From Histomonas meleagridis 2922-C6/04-290x (Eukaryota; Protista; Parabasalia), in contig JAANOX010000142.1 in NCBI GenBank assembly GCA_020184695.1, positions 469,637 to 533,636 of the forward strand: a DNA stretch of 64,000 nt. Reading direction: 5' to 3'. The position numbers were made by a program, and so were the translations under genes. Position 1 is the stretch's first letter. The number at the start of each line of letters is the position of its first letter. This document shows, piece by piece, positions 22,300-32,450 of this stretch. The notes below the pieces were generated by a model. That model did not search any database, was not told the origin of the DNA, and saw nothing but the letters and a program-made list of their open reading frames with translations.

Positions 22300-24665
22300 A
22301 TATGAATCAATTAAATGATTTGTAATTAATGAGACTTTTTCATATACATAAAATTTTATGTTTCCATGCAATCGTTGAGATATTATTGAAAGGAAACCAA
22401 ATTTAAAAAGATAACAAGTGCACAGATCAGACGGAAAAAATAGAAAAACGCATCTAAACGAGTTTGATTTCTTTATTTATCATTAAATTTAAAGATTGTC
22501 TTCAGAATGCATTTGAACATGTTAAGAGTTGATAAACATCTTCACGACAAAAAGTATTTTATGTACAATGCCTTACGAAGATTTTATCGTGATGGCTATT
22601 TGGTGCATGAAGAGAAAACAATCGAATTCTTTAGGATGCATAAAATTTTTACTGAATTCATTAATGTGATCATTGATGAGAAAATATTTTTATATTTCAA
22701 TGTTAATATTAAATGTAAATTAAACAGAATTTTATATATTTAGTAAAAATTATATAAAAATGATAATGAATTCGACGATGTAAAGAATATGTCAAATGAA
22801 GAAATTCATAATTTATATAAACATTGATGAATGATATAATTAAAAATTATTTATATTTGAATGTGATTATCAAATTCATTATCTTGGAAATCATTCGCAA
22901 ATGGATCTTCTTCAATATGATTCATCTGAATGTTTATGATTTTGTGATCGATAACATTTCCTTCATTTTGATAATTTTGATAATTTTTATTATTTTGACA
23001 ATTTTGATAATTTTCGTCATTTTCTTCGTTCATTTCGTTTTCGTCAAATGATGGTGAATTTTTTTGATGTTTTCGGCGATAAATATAAAGAATAAGAATA
23101 AAACAAAAAATGATTAGAACAATAATAACAACACAAATAATTATAAGAATATTATGTTCAGTATCATTTTGAAAATTTTCTTCGTTTTCGTTGATAATAT
23201 AATAATATTTCGAATAAAATGAATATGATATTAAATATTGAATAATTGTATATTTATAAAATATGAATTCTGAATACGTGAAATAACGATTTAAATTACT
23301 AAATGTTAAATATAATGATCGCGATAAAAATGTATTAATAAGAAGTGTTTTCGTATTTGTTATAGTTTGAATTAATACAAATGAATAAGTTAAAGATTCA
23401 CTATTTAGAAATGTTTCATAAAATGTATTCGATTTAGTAAATGTATTTGATTTAGTAAATGTATTTGATTTAGTAAATGTATTTGATTTAGTAAATGTAT
23501 TTGATTTAGTAAATGTATTTGATTTAGTAAATGTATTTGATTTAGTAAATGTATTTGTTGGTCTATTCAATGTAAAATTATAATGATATATGGTTAGAGT
23601 TTTAATTTCAGCAGAATCATATCGTTTATAAAATGTTTCTCCATTTATTGTTGTTTTAAGTGTTAATTCTTCATATTTTTGTGCAAGAACATATACATTA
23701 TAAACTCTTGTGCCTCGTGAAACATCATTCGTATATTCTCCATTCGTAATTTCATAGTCATTAATAATACTTGCATTAGAATCAGCACTGACTGCACGTG
23801 TCTTAACATTAAATGTGCCTTCGTGCTTTAATCCACTAATATAAAATCGCCAATTCGTTGATGATATTTCATTCGGATCGAATCCAGATCCAAGTTGAAT
23901 TGTAATTTCAAGAATTGGTGTTATAGGAGACACTTGAATTTGAGCATCATCTTTTCCGTAATAAGTATATGATGTTCCTGCAAGGATGTTTAATTGTTCC
24001 TTTGCTGATGATGTTTGCACGACATTAGTATTAATAATTTTATATCCTTGTGAATTCACATCTGAAAAATATGGATAATATAAAGTAAATATTATTGTTT
24101 CATCTCGATCTTCAAAATAAATACCAGTTCGTATTATATCATTACTCCAAGTGCATTGCTTATTTATGTACTTAAATTCCATGTTAGTTATGGGTGCATC
24201 AACAATTGTAAACCCAAATTTGTCACCGTTTTGGAATCTTCCATAAGAAATAAGCTCAAACCAAATTGTATCGTCTGACGCAAGAAGTTTTTCGTTCTTA
24301 TTATTCATTTGTATATCAGTGCCATCGATTTTATCATCATTTTTGTTGAAAATTAAACGAAAATTTTCATTTAAATTAGATGTTTGTAAGTTAGAAATGG
24401 AATTTTTGTTATATTTATCATACAGCTTTTTGTTTTTTTCTTCTAATATATTATTTTGTGTTTTATTGTGTTTGAAGAATCGAAAAAAATCTTTCGAAAT
24501 TTTAAAATTTGATTGATGTAAATCTGAATTATTTGCGACACATGAAGCATCACTGCCAAATATAATTATCAATATACTTAATACGATATTCATTTGCAGC
24601 ACATTAAACTGTAAAACGATGCACATAGTCAAACCATTTTGAAAGTAATCGATCGTTAAGGGAGA
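22300..24665 (-). repeat. Duplicated segment, arm B (inverted relative to arm C)
   Basis: Reverse complement matches 30337-32410 in both gene and 3' flank. Confidence 0.9.
22851..24632 (-). CDS. Type I surface protein B (intact), (TKSNTF)x7 stalk, TM, EEDPFANDF tail
   Basis: 593-aa ORF; likely start MNIVLSILIII at 24593; 18-bp repeat array 23421-23546. Confidence 0.85.
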   Translation of the reverse strand: MTMCIVLQFNVLQMNIVLSILIIIFGSDASCVANNSDLHQSNFKISKDFFRFFKHNKTQNNILEEKNKKLYDKYNKNSISNLQTSNLNENFRLIFNKNDDKIDGTDIQMNNKNEKLLASDDTIWFELISYGRFQNGDKFGFTIVDAPITNMEFKYINKQCTWSNDIIRTGIYFEDRDETIIFTLYYPYFSDVNSQGYKIINTNVVQTSSAKEQLNILAGTSYTYYGKDDAQIQVSPITPILEITIQLGSGFDPNEISSTNWRFYISGLKHEGTFNVKTRAVSADSNASIINDYEITNGEYTNDVSRGTRVYNVYVLAQKYEELTLKTTINGETFYKRYDSAEIKTLTIYHYNFTLNRPTNTFTKSNTFTKSNTFTKSNTFTKSNTFTKSNTFTKSNTFTKSNTFYETFLNSESLTYSFVLIQTITNTKTLLINTFLSRSLYLTFSNLNRYFTYSEFIFYKYTIIQYLISYSFYSKYYYIINENEENFQNDTEHNILIIICVVIIVLIIFCFILILYIYRRKHQKNSPSFDENEMNEENDENYQNCQNNKNYQNYQNEGNVIDHKIINIQMNHIEEDPFANDFQDNEFDNHIQI

Positions 24666-25088
24666 ACGATCGCTTATAACGGTTAATTAAATGAAGATTT
24701 ATGTTTTTGAGAAATTTGGCTGAACCTACATACAAAAAAATAATAAATAAATAATAAGATCAGATAAACTTCGTTTTTTCAAATAAAAAAATCTCACTAA
24801 GAATCAAATAGATTTTTGAAAATATTATAAAAATGATTCCATTTACTATTTTTCTTGATTTTTGAAAAAGATTATTATAAAACTGAAGAAATTTTCCTAT
24901 ATAATATCGAATTAAACTCATCAATACCTTTAATATTTTTTGATATGTCGAAGTTTTGTGTGTCTTCTTCGTGTACAACATTTGACCAAATTATCGAAAT
25001 ACTCAAAAATTCGAATTTTCTCTTAGCGCAAACAAAAGATATAATCATAAACGATTTTTATTTGATACAAAAAAATATTTTTCATATG

Positions 25089-28000
25089 TTAGTATTCGAA
25101 TTCAGAATCTGATATAGAACAATCTGAACTTTGCGAAGGCTTCGATTCATTTAATTTTTCGTTCAGTTTCTTATTCTCTTCTTTCAACGATTCAATTTCT
25201 TCTTTTAATTCTTTTTGTTTTTCGGTCATTGTTTTCACTGTTTTATTTAGTGATTCCACTTTCCGCTTTGCTTGATATAACACATCCGAATATTCTTTGA
25301 TATTTAATGCATACAACATTTCATCTCTGAAATTCCTCAAAGAGTTAAATTCTTCGACTAATGCTTTTAATGATTCGACTCGTAAATCTGTAAGAATTTT
25401 TTGGACATCATTATTTTTTAATTGTCTTATTGTATTTAATGCATCACTAAATGTTTTAACGCCCAAAATTTCATATAATTCTTCTTTGGATTTCTTAAAA
25501 TTGTGAAATTGTTCTTTTAATTCTTCAATTGATGTCACTTTTAGCTCGTCATTAACGTTCTTCAGTTTTTTAACGGCCTCTTTAATTGAATCGACATTCA
25601 AATATTTGAATAGTTTGGCACTTTTCTCGTTGACCGTTTTTGTGATTTTTATTTTATCTTTCATTTCATTTATCGAATTGACTTCCATAACACTGAATAT
25701 ATTTCTTTGGACTTCAGTCAATTCTCTTATTGAATTATTTACATGTTTAATTTTTGCTAATGCTTTATCCATTGAATCAATTTTCAAAATTCCATAAATA
25801 TCATCTCTAAACTTCCGAAGAATTTCATATTGTTTCATAAGTTCATCGAATGAATTTACTCCGAATTTATCGAATAATTCATTTGGCGGAACATTTCGCA
25901 TTTCATTAATTTCCTTATGAAGTTCTTCATTTCGTATTTTTGTTTCGACATTTGACTTCTTAAGTTCCTTAAGTTGAGATTTGATATCTTCGATACTTAT
26001 TGTCTTTTGCTTGTTCTCTTCTTCAGTGTTACCTTTGATGATGTTTGAGATGTCGTTGATTGCAGACCTTAATAATTTGTTTTCGTTTTGAAGTGCTTTG
26101 ATATGTTCTTCTTTCTTATCATTATCAGCGCTCATAGAGTTAAACATTTCTTGGAAATTGTTACGTTGTTTTGTGATGTTTATAATTTGTTCCTTTAATT
26201 CATGTACCTTTTGCTTACATTCTGTGATGGAATTAGCTCCAAGTGCATCAAAGAGATCTCTGAAGTTGTTGTTTGCATTATTAATGATAAAGCCTTGCGC
26301 ATGTTGTGAAGGTTGTCTTTGGATTTGTTGAGATGAAAAATCAGTCGATTCTTGTGAACGTGTAATGAATCCTTGTTGTGGACTTTGGCGTAATATTTGT
26401 TGTTGTTGTTGAGGATTCGTTTGGAGACTTTGTCGTAATATTTGTTGTGATGAAAAATCAGTCGATTCTTGTGACCGAGCAATAAATCCTTGTTGTGGAC
26501 TTTGGCGTAACATTTGTTGTTGTTGTTGTTGAGGATTTGGTTGCATTCTTTGGCGTAATATTTGTTGTTGTTGAATCCTTTGTTGAATTAATGGGTTAGG
26601 TTTAATATATCCTTCTTTTCCAAAGCGAATCTTATATGTCTGTCCTGCTTGACTTATTATTCTAACGACAGTATTCTTATCTAGTTCGAAAACCTTTTTT
26701 AATTTCCCAGGGTCATCAAAGACGTCACATTTTTCTATCGTCTGCGCGCTCTCGGCGCCTTTGATGCTCAATTTTGACATGTCTACAAAACCGATGACGA
26801 TATAACATATTCGAGTGAAATTCGGATTACTTTCGATTACTTGAATCTTATTAAAGTTTTGTTGTGTTAATTTAAATGACAAATTACTTAAGTCAGAACT
26901 TGTATATACTTGAATTTCATTTTGTACAATATTAATACGATTAATACCATTATTATTAATTCTTTGTATTTGTTGTAATTGAGGATTTTGTTGTCTATTA
27001 TCAACTTGAGGCTTTTGATAATTAATTTTCTTAAGTTCATTTTGAACAGCGTTTTTAAATTCTTCATTACGTTGAACAGTTATTATTTCATTTGATCGAA
27101 TAGGCTTAAGATTATCATCAAGTTTTAATTCATATTTTTCATTATTCTTTTGGATTATATTACCAACGAAATTCTCTTTTGAACAAATTCCATTATTCCG
27201 AATATTAAAACTAAATTCTTCTTCTGTAATGAATGTATTATATTTAATTTGTGGATTACCTTTTGTAAATATATCAAATGTTTTATCACATTTGATGACA
27301 TTGTTTAATATCATTGGTTGTGCTCCATTATATATCGAAAATGGATATTTCTTGCAATTCATTATATGACAATCACGAATTAAACTTTTGTTCAAGTCAG
27401 AAAGAGAAAAAGCATTAGAATCAACTCCATCAATATAGACATTAACAAAGGATGGAACAGAACAATCACGTGCAACAACTGCAAACGAATGACAATTCTT
27501 GATAATGGTCTTAAAGATAACGGGATTTGATAAGTTCCCAAAACATGCAATTGGTGGAAAATGGAAATTAATAAATCGTGATAAATAGACATAACCGGTG
27601 GAACATTCGAAATTTGCTCCGTTCCCGCCGCAGTTATCAAAGGTACAGCGTTCGATTTGGGCACTGCTTTCTTTCATTGCATGGATTGACGAATTTTTGA
27701 CATTGAGGAAAATGCAATTGGATGTGTATATTAAGGATTTGTCAGCAATCGAAATACCACCCCCTTGACAATCTTCAAAGCGAGTGTTGAAGACATGAGC
27801 TTGTGATTGTTGTAATATGAAGATGGCTTTACCTAATTGTTCAGAAAATAATGAGTTACGAATAATACCGGAGGCGTTACGGTAAAGATATAATGAAAAT
27901 TTGTCAGCTGTTTTAAATGTACAATCATAAACTTCAACTCGAGAAGAATCCATGACTAAAAGTGAGGTGCTTTTGCTCCTGGAAAATTTACACCTGGTAA

Positions 28001-28538
28001 GAACACCTTCTGAGCGATCTCGAAAAACTACGCTGGATTTGGAACTGGATAGAAATTTGCAATTCTCAAACTTACCATAAGAATTGGCAAATATTTCAAT
28101 GGAACATTCAATGTTAGGATCAAATGGACAGAAGCGACAGTTTTTGGCTATTAAGGTCGATCGTGCTGTAACATGAATTTTACAATTTAAAACAAGATTT
28201 TCCATAGTTGTAACACCGGCATTAATTGTAAGCCATTTTATATTGACATGTGAGACTTTAAGAAGAGAGGTTAAATATATGTTTCGCCGAAAAGTTATTT
28301 CTTCAATAGTTTGACAATCTTTTAAAAACAATGGGCCGTCTAAGGTTGTCATTTTATGATTGGATGATATTGGATGGCAAGCATCTATAAGTTTTGGAGG
28401 AATCTGTTGAAGTTGAGCCATAAAAAATTTTAAAACTTCCTTCTTTGCAAGATGTCGGCTAACGGTTTTGGGTTTCAATTCATTCAAAAACCGTATTTTT
28501 GAGAAAATATTTTGACAACTGAGAATTTTCGATGACAT
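25089..28538 (-). CDS. Right-handed beta-helix (PbH1-like) protein with Q-rich repeats and C-terminal helical/coiled-coil repeats
   Basis: Repeated ...CxF.... strands (ENCKFL, TRCKFS, YDCTFK, ERCTFD), duplicated QQQQQxLRQSPQQGFIxRSQESTDFSSQQI, and L..LGV.S....... repeats. Confidence 0.75.
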   Translation of the reverse strand: MSSKILSCQNIFSKIRFLNELKPKTVSRHLAKKEVLKFFMAQLQQIPPKLIDACHPISSNHKMTTLDGPLFLKDCQTIEEITFRRNIYLTSLLKVSHVNIKWLTINAGVTTMENLVLNCKIHVTARSTLIAKNCRFCPFDPNIECSIEIFANSYGKFENCKFLSSSKSSVVFRDRSEGVLTRCKFSRSKSTSLLVMDSSRVEVYDCTFKTADKFSLYLYRNASGIIRNSLFSEQLGKAIFILQQSQAHVFNTRFEDCQGGGISIADKSLIYTSNCIFLNVKNSSIHAMKESSAQIERCTFDNCGGNGANFECSTGYVYLSRFINFHFPPIACFGNLSNPVIFKTIIKNCHSFAVVARDCSVPSFVNVYIDGVDSNAFSLSDLNKSLIRDCHIMNCKKYPFSIYNGAQPMILNNVIKCDKTFDIFTKGNPQIKYNTFITEEEFSFNIRNNGICSKENFVGNIIQKNNEKYELKLDDNLKPIRSNEIITVQRNEEFKNAVQNELKKINYQKPQVDNRQQNPQLQQIQRINNNGINRINIVQNEIQVYTSSDLSNLSFKLTQQNFNKIQVIESNPNFTRICYIVIGFVDMSKLSIKGAESAQTIEKCDVFDDPGKLKKVFELDKNTVVRIISQAGQTYKIRFGKEGYIKPNPLIQQRIQQQQILRQRMQPNPQQQQQQMLRQSPQQGFIARSQESTDFSSQQILRQSLQTNPQQQQQILRQSPQQGFITRSQESTDFSSQQIQRQPSQHAQGFIINNANNNFRDLFDALGANSITECKQKVHELKEQIINITKQRNNFQEMFNSMSADNDKKEEHIKALQNENKLLRSAINDISNIIKGNTEEENKQKTISIEDIKSQLKELKKSNVETKIRNEELHKEINEMRNVPPNELFDKFGVNSFDELMKQYEILRKFRDDIYGILKIDSMDKALAKIKHVNNSIRELTEVQRNIFSVMEVNSINEMKDKIKITKTVNEKSAKLFKYLNVDSIKEAVKKLKNVNDELKVTSIEELKEQFHNFKKSKEELYEILGVKTFSDALNTIRQLKNNDVQKILTDLRVESLKALVEEFNSLRNFRDEMLYALNIKEYSDVLYQAKRKVESLNKTVKTMTEKQKELKEEIESLKEENKKLNEKLNESKPSQSSDCSISDSEFEY

Positions 28539-30336
28539 AATTCATCATGTGTATACTTAAATAAATGGAAATTTGTGCCAACCTAAAAAATCAACTTTTT
28601 TTTTGATGTATATTTTGTTATCGAATAATCAAATCGTTTTCATTTTTACAGAATTTTTATAATTTGTCTTCGTGACACTTATTTCATTTGAAAAATGTTA
28701 ACATCCTCAAATAAAAACTTATAGAAATATTATAAATACTAAGATTCAAATATAAAAAATTAAAATATATTTTTAATTTCCATAAAAACTCAATTATAAA
28801 ATATTTAGTTTACAAATTATTGATAATTTCTTGGTTAAATTGCATTAGAAAAAACAGGCATTCTTGGATAAATAAACGGTCGAAAATTATACGTTAAGAT
28901 CATAAAAAATTCAAATGAATTTCCTTTTGATCGAAGTATTTATGTCAGTTCCAAACGGAAGATAGTAACAGGTTCTAGGGTCCTTCTTAATATAGTTAGT
29001 TATAACTAAAAAGAAAATTGTAATAGCCCAAATATTGAAGGTAGTGTTATTATTGAATCGAGTAATTTGATTTGATACTCTATGAAAAACTGGAGTGAAA
29101 TTTCACAAAAAGAAATAAAAATCATGCATCGTCATATATTGTGAATATTTTCTATGAGTCTATTCAATTTCCAATCTTGTGACAAGAGAATAAAATTACA
29201 GATTCTAAAGCTTTCAGTTATTTTATCAGATGGGAAATTGCTTAATAAAACAATTTCGAATGATAAAATTGCAAAAATAAGTAAAAATTGAGAAACCTGC
29301 TTTTTAGTGAGCCGCCGATATAGCGGTTACCCGAGGTGCCCTGTTTTGAGAAAGAACTAAAAAAGATCAAATCGCGTAGAAAGATTATATAGAACCCTTA
29401 ATCAATCTATTGAGTATTTTATAAATTGCATACAATCAATTAATTATTTTATTTAAATAAATCAAAAATGTTGCGTTTTTAATAATTTTTCGGAAGTGCA
29501 AAGATTTCGAACCGCGTACTTTTAAAACAAAAAGCTTAGATTAAATTGGAAAATAGACAAATGAGCTATAAAGCAATCCCGCTTGCCAGTCTTGAAGTTA
29601 AATATAGTTAATCGATTTAAAGGGTTTTTTTCCGCTACTCTAATTATAGAACCCTCTGCTTTCGTTTTTTCTATGAATGTATAATTGAATCGTAATTAAT
29701 TGTAAGCCATCATCAATTTGTATGTATACAGACATTATTAATTTTGCTTACAAATTCATGAATACATGGGACCTCCACATTAATAATAGTTAACAAAACC
29801 GCTTGTTGTATTTTTCGTACACGTTTATGATTTTCATGTAACTTCCTGGAGAGTGCTGCATAAAAATTGTTGAACGAAGTGAATGTTCTTCAGTTGTTAT
29901 GAAAAGATGTCAGAATTTGATGTAGTATTCATAAGGAAATGATCGGTCTGAAAACATCTACTCCAGATATTCTGACAATTTAAGGTGCACCAAAAAAATT
30001 TGACAGAGCAAATAAAAGTTTCACCTTGTTGAAAATTTTTAATGAGAATAGATCTCTTTTAGCTTTGCAATACAAATAATAATAGCGAAAAAATAAGATT
30101 TATCTGTGTATAAATATAAATCACATTGATAAAAATTTCGATTCAGGTCTCCATTATCTGAAAATTACAGGAACATTTGTATCCCAGACGAATACGAATA
30201 AAATTTTTTTTTTCTCAAATAACTGATGTTTACAAAATATTTATAAAATTGCGCATTTCACTACAAAAAAATAATAATTTTTTTTTTGGTTCGAAGATAT
30301 TTTTGTTTGAAAAGTGAATTTATATCTGGTCGGACC

Positions 30337-32410
30337 CTCCCTTAACGATCGATTACTTTCAAAATGATTTGACTTGTGCATCGTTTTACAGTTTAATGCG
30401 CTGCAAATGAATATCGTATTAAGTATATTGATAATTATATTTGGCAGTGATGCTTCATGTGTCGCAAATAATTCAGATTTACATCAATCAAATTTTAAAA
30501 TTTCGAAAGATTTTTTTCGATTCTTCAAACACAATAAAACACAAAATAATATATTAGAAGAAAAAAACAAAAAGCTATATGATAAATATAACAAAAATTC
30601 CATTTCTAACTTACAAACATCTAATTTAAATGAAAATTTTCGTTTAATTTTCAACAAAAATGATGATAAAATCGATGGCACTGATATACAAATGAATAAT
30701 AAGAACGAAAAACTTCTTGCGTCAGACGATACAATTTGGTTTGAGCTTATTTCTTATGGAAGATTCCAAACCGGTGACAAATTTGGGTTTACAATTGTTG
30801 ATGCACCCAGGAGTGACATGGAATTTAAGTACATAAATAAGCAATGCACTTGGAGTAATGATATGATACGAAGTGGTATTTATTTTGAAGATCGAGATGA
30901 AACAATAACCTTTACTGTATATTATCCATATTTTTCAGATGTGAATTCACAAGGATATAAAATTATTAATACTAATGTAGTGCAAACATCATCAGCAAAG
31001 GAACAATTAAACATCCTTGCAGGAACATCATATACTTATTACGGGAAAGATGATGCTCAAATTCAAGTGTATACTATAACGCCAATACTTGAAATTACAA
31101 TTCAACTTGGTTCTGGATTCGATCCGAATGAAATATCATCAACGAATTGGCGATTTTTATATTAGTGGATTAAAGCACGAAGGCACATTTAATGTTAAGA
31201 CACTTGCAGTCAGTGCTGATTCCAATGCAAGCATTATTAATGAATATGAAATTACGAATGGAGAATATACGAATGATGTTTCACGAGGCACAAGAGTTTA
31301 TAATGTATATGTTCTTGCACAAAAAAATATGAAGAATTAACAATTAAAGCAACAATAAATGGAGAAACATTTTTATAAACGATATGATTCTGCTGAAATT
31401 AAAACTCTAACCATACATCATTATAATTTTACATTGAATAGACCAACAAATACATTTACTAAATCGAATACATTTACTGAATCGAATACATTTACTAAAT
31501 CAAATACATTTACTAAATCAAACACATTTACTAAATCGAATACATTTTATGAAACATTTCTAAATAATAAATCTTTAACTTATTCATTTGTATTAATTCA
31601 AACTATAACAAATACGAAAACACTTCTTATTAATACATTTTTATCGCGATCATTATATTTAACATTTAGTAATTTAAATCGTTATTTCACGTATTCAGAA
31701 TTCATATTTTATAAATATACAATTATTCAATATTTAATATCATATTCATTTTTATTCGAAAATATTATTATATTATCAACGAAAACGAAGAAAATTTTCA
31801 AAAATGATTTGCGAATGATTTCCAAGATAATGAATTTGATAATCACATTCAAATATAAATAATTTTTAATTATATCATTCATCAATGTTTATATAAATTT
31901 TGAATTTCTTCATTTGACATATTCTTTACATCGTCGAATTCATTATCATTTTTAATTAATTTTTACTAAATATAACAAATTCTGTTTAATTTACATTTAA
32001 TGTTAACATTGAAGAATAAAAATATTTTCGTATCAATGATCACATTAATGAATTCAGTAAAAATTTTATGCCTCCTAAAGATTTCGATTGTTTTCTCTTC
32101 TTGCACCAATTAGCCATCACGATAAACTTCGTAAGGCATTGTACATAAAATACTTTTTGTCGTGAAGATGTTTATCAACTCTTAACATGTTCAAATGCAT
32201 TCTGAAGACAATATTTAAATTTAGTGATAAATAAAGAAATCAAACTCGTTTGGATGTGTTTTTCTATTTTTTCCGTCTGATCTGTGCACTTGTTATCTTT
32301 TTAAATGTGGTTTCCTTTCAATAATATCTCAACGATTGCATGGAAACATAAAATTTTATGTATACGAAAAAGTCTCATTAATTACAAATCATTTAATTGA
32401 TTCATTAAAC
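30337..32410 (+). repeat. Duplicated segment, arm C (inverted relative to both B and D)
   Basis: Matches the reverse complement of 22300-24665 and of 35239-37150. Confidence 0.9.
30407..31858 (+). pseudogene. Surface protein copy C, frameshifted, TM and most of the tail deleted
   Basis: Three ORF pieces (30374-31165, 31089-31340, 31359-31862); stalk x5 at 31458-31547; ~260-nt deletion relative to B. Confidence 0.8.
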
Positions 32411-32450
32411 AATTTCTATATCTCTATAACATTTATTACAAAAATTCGTT

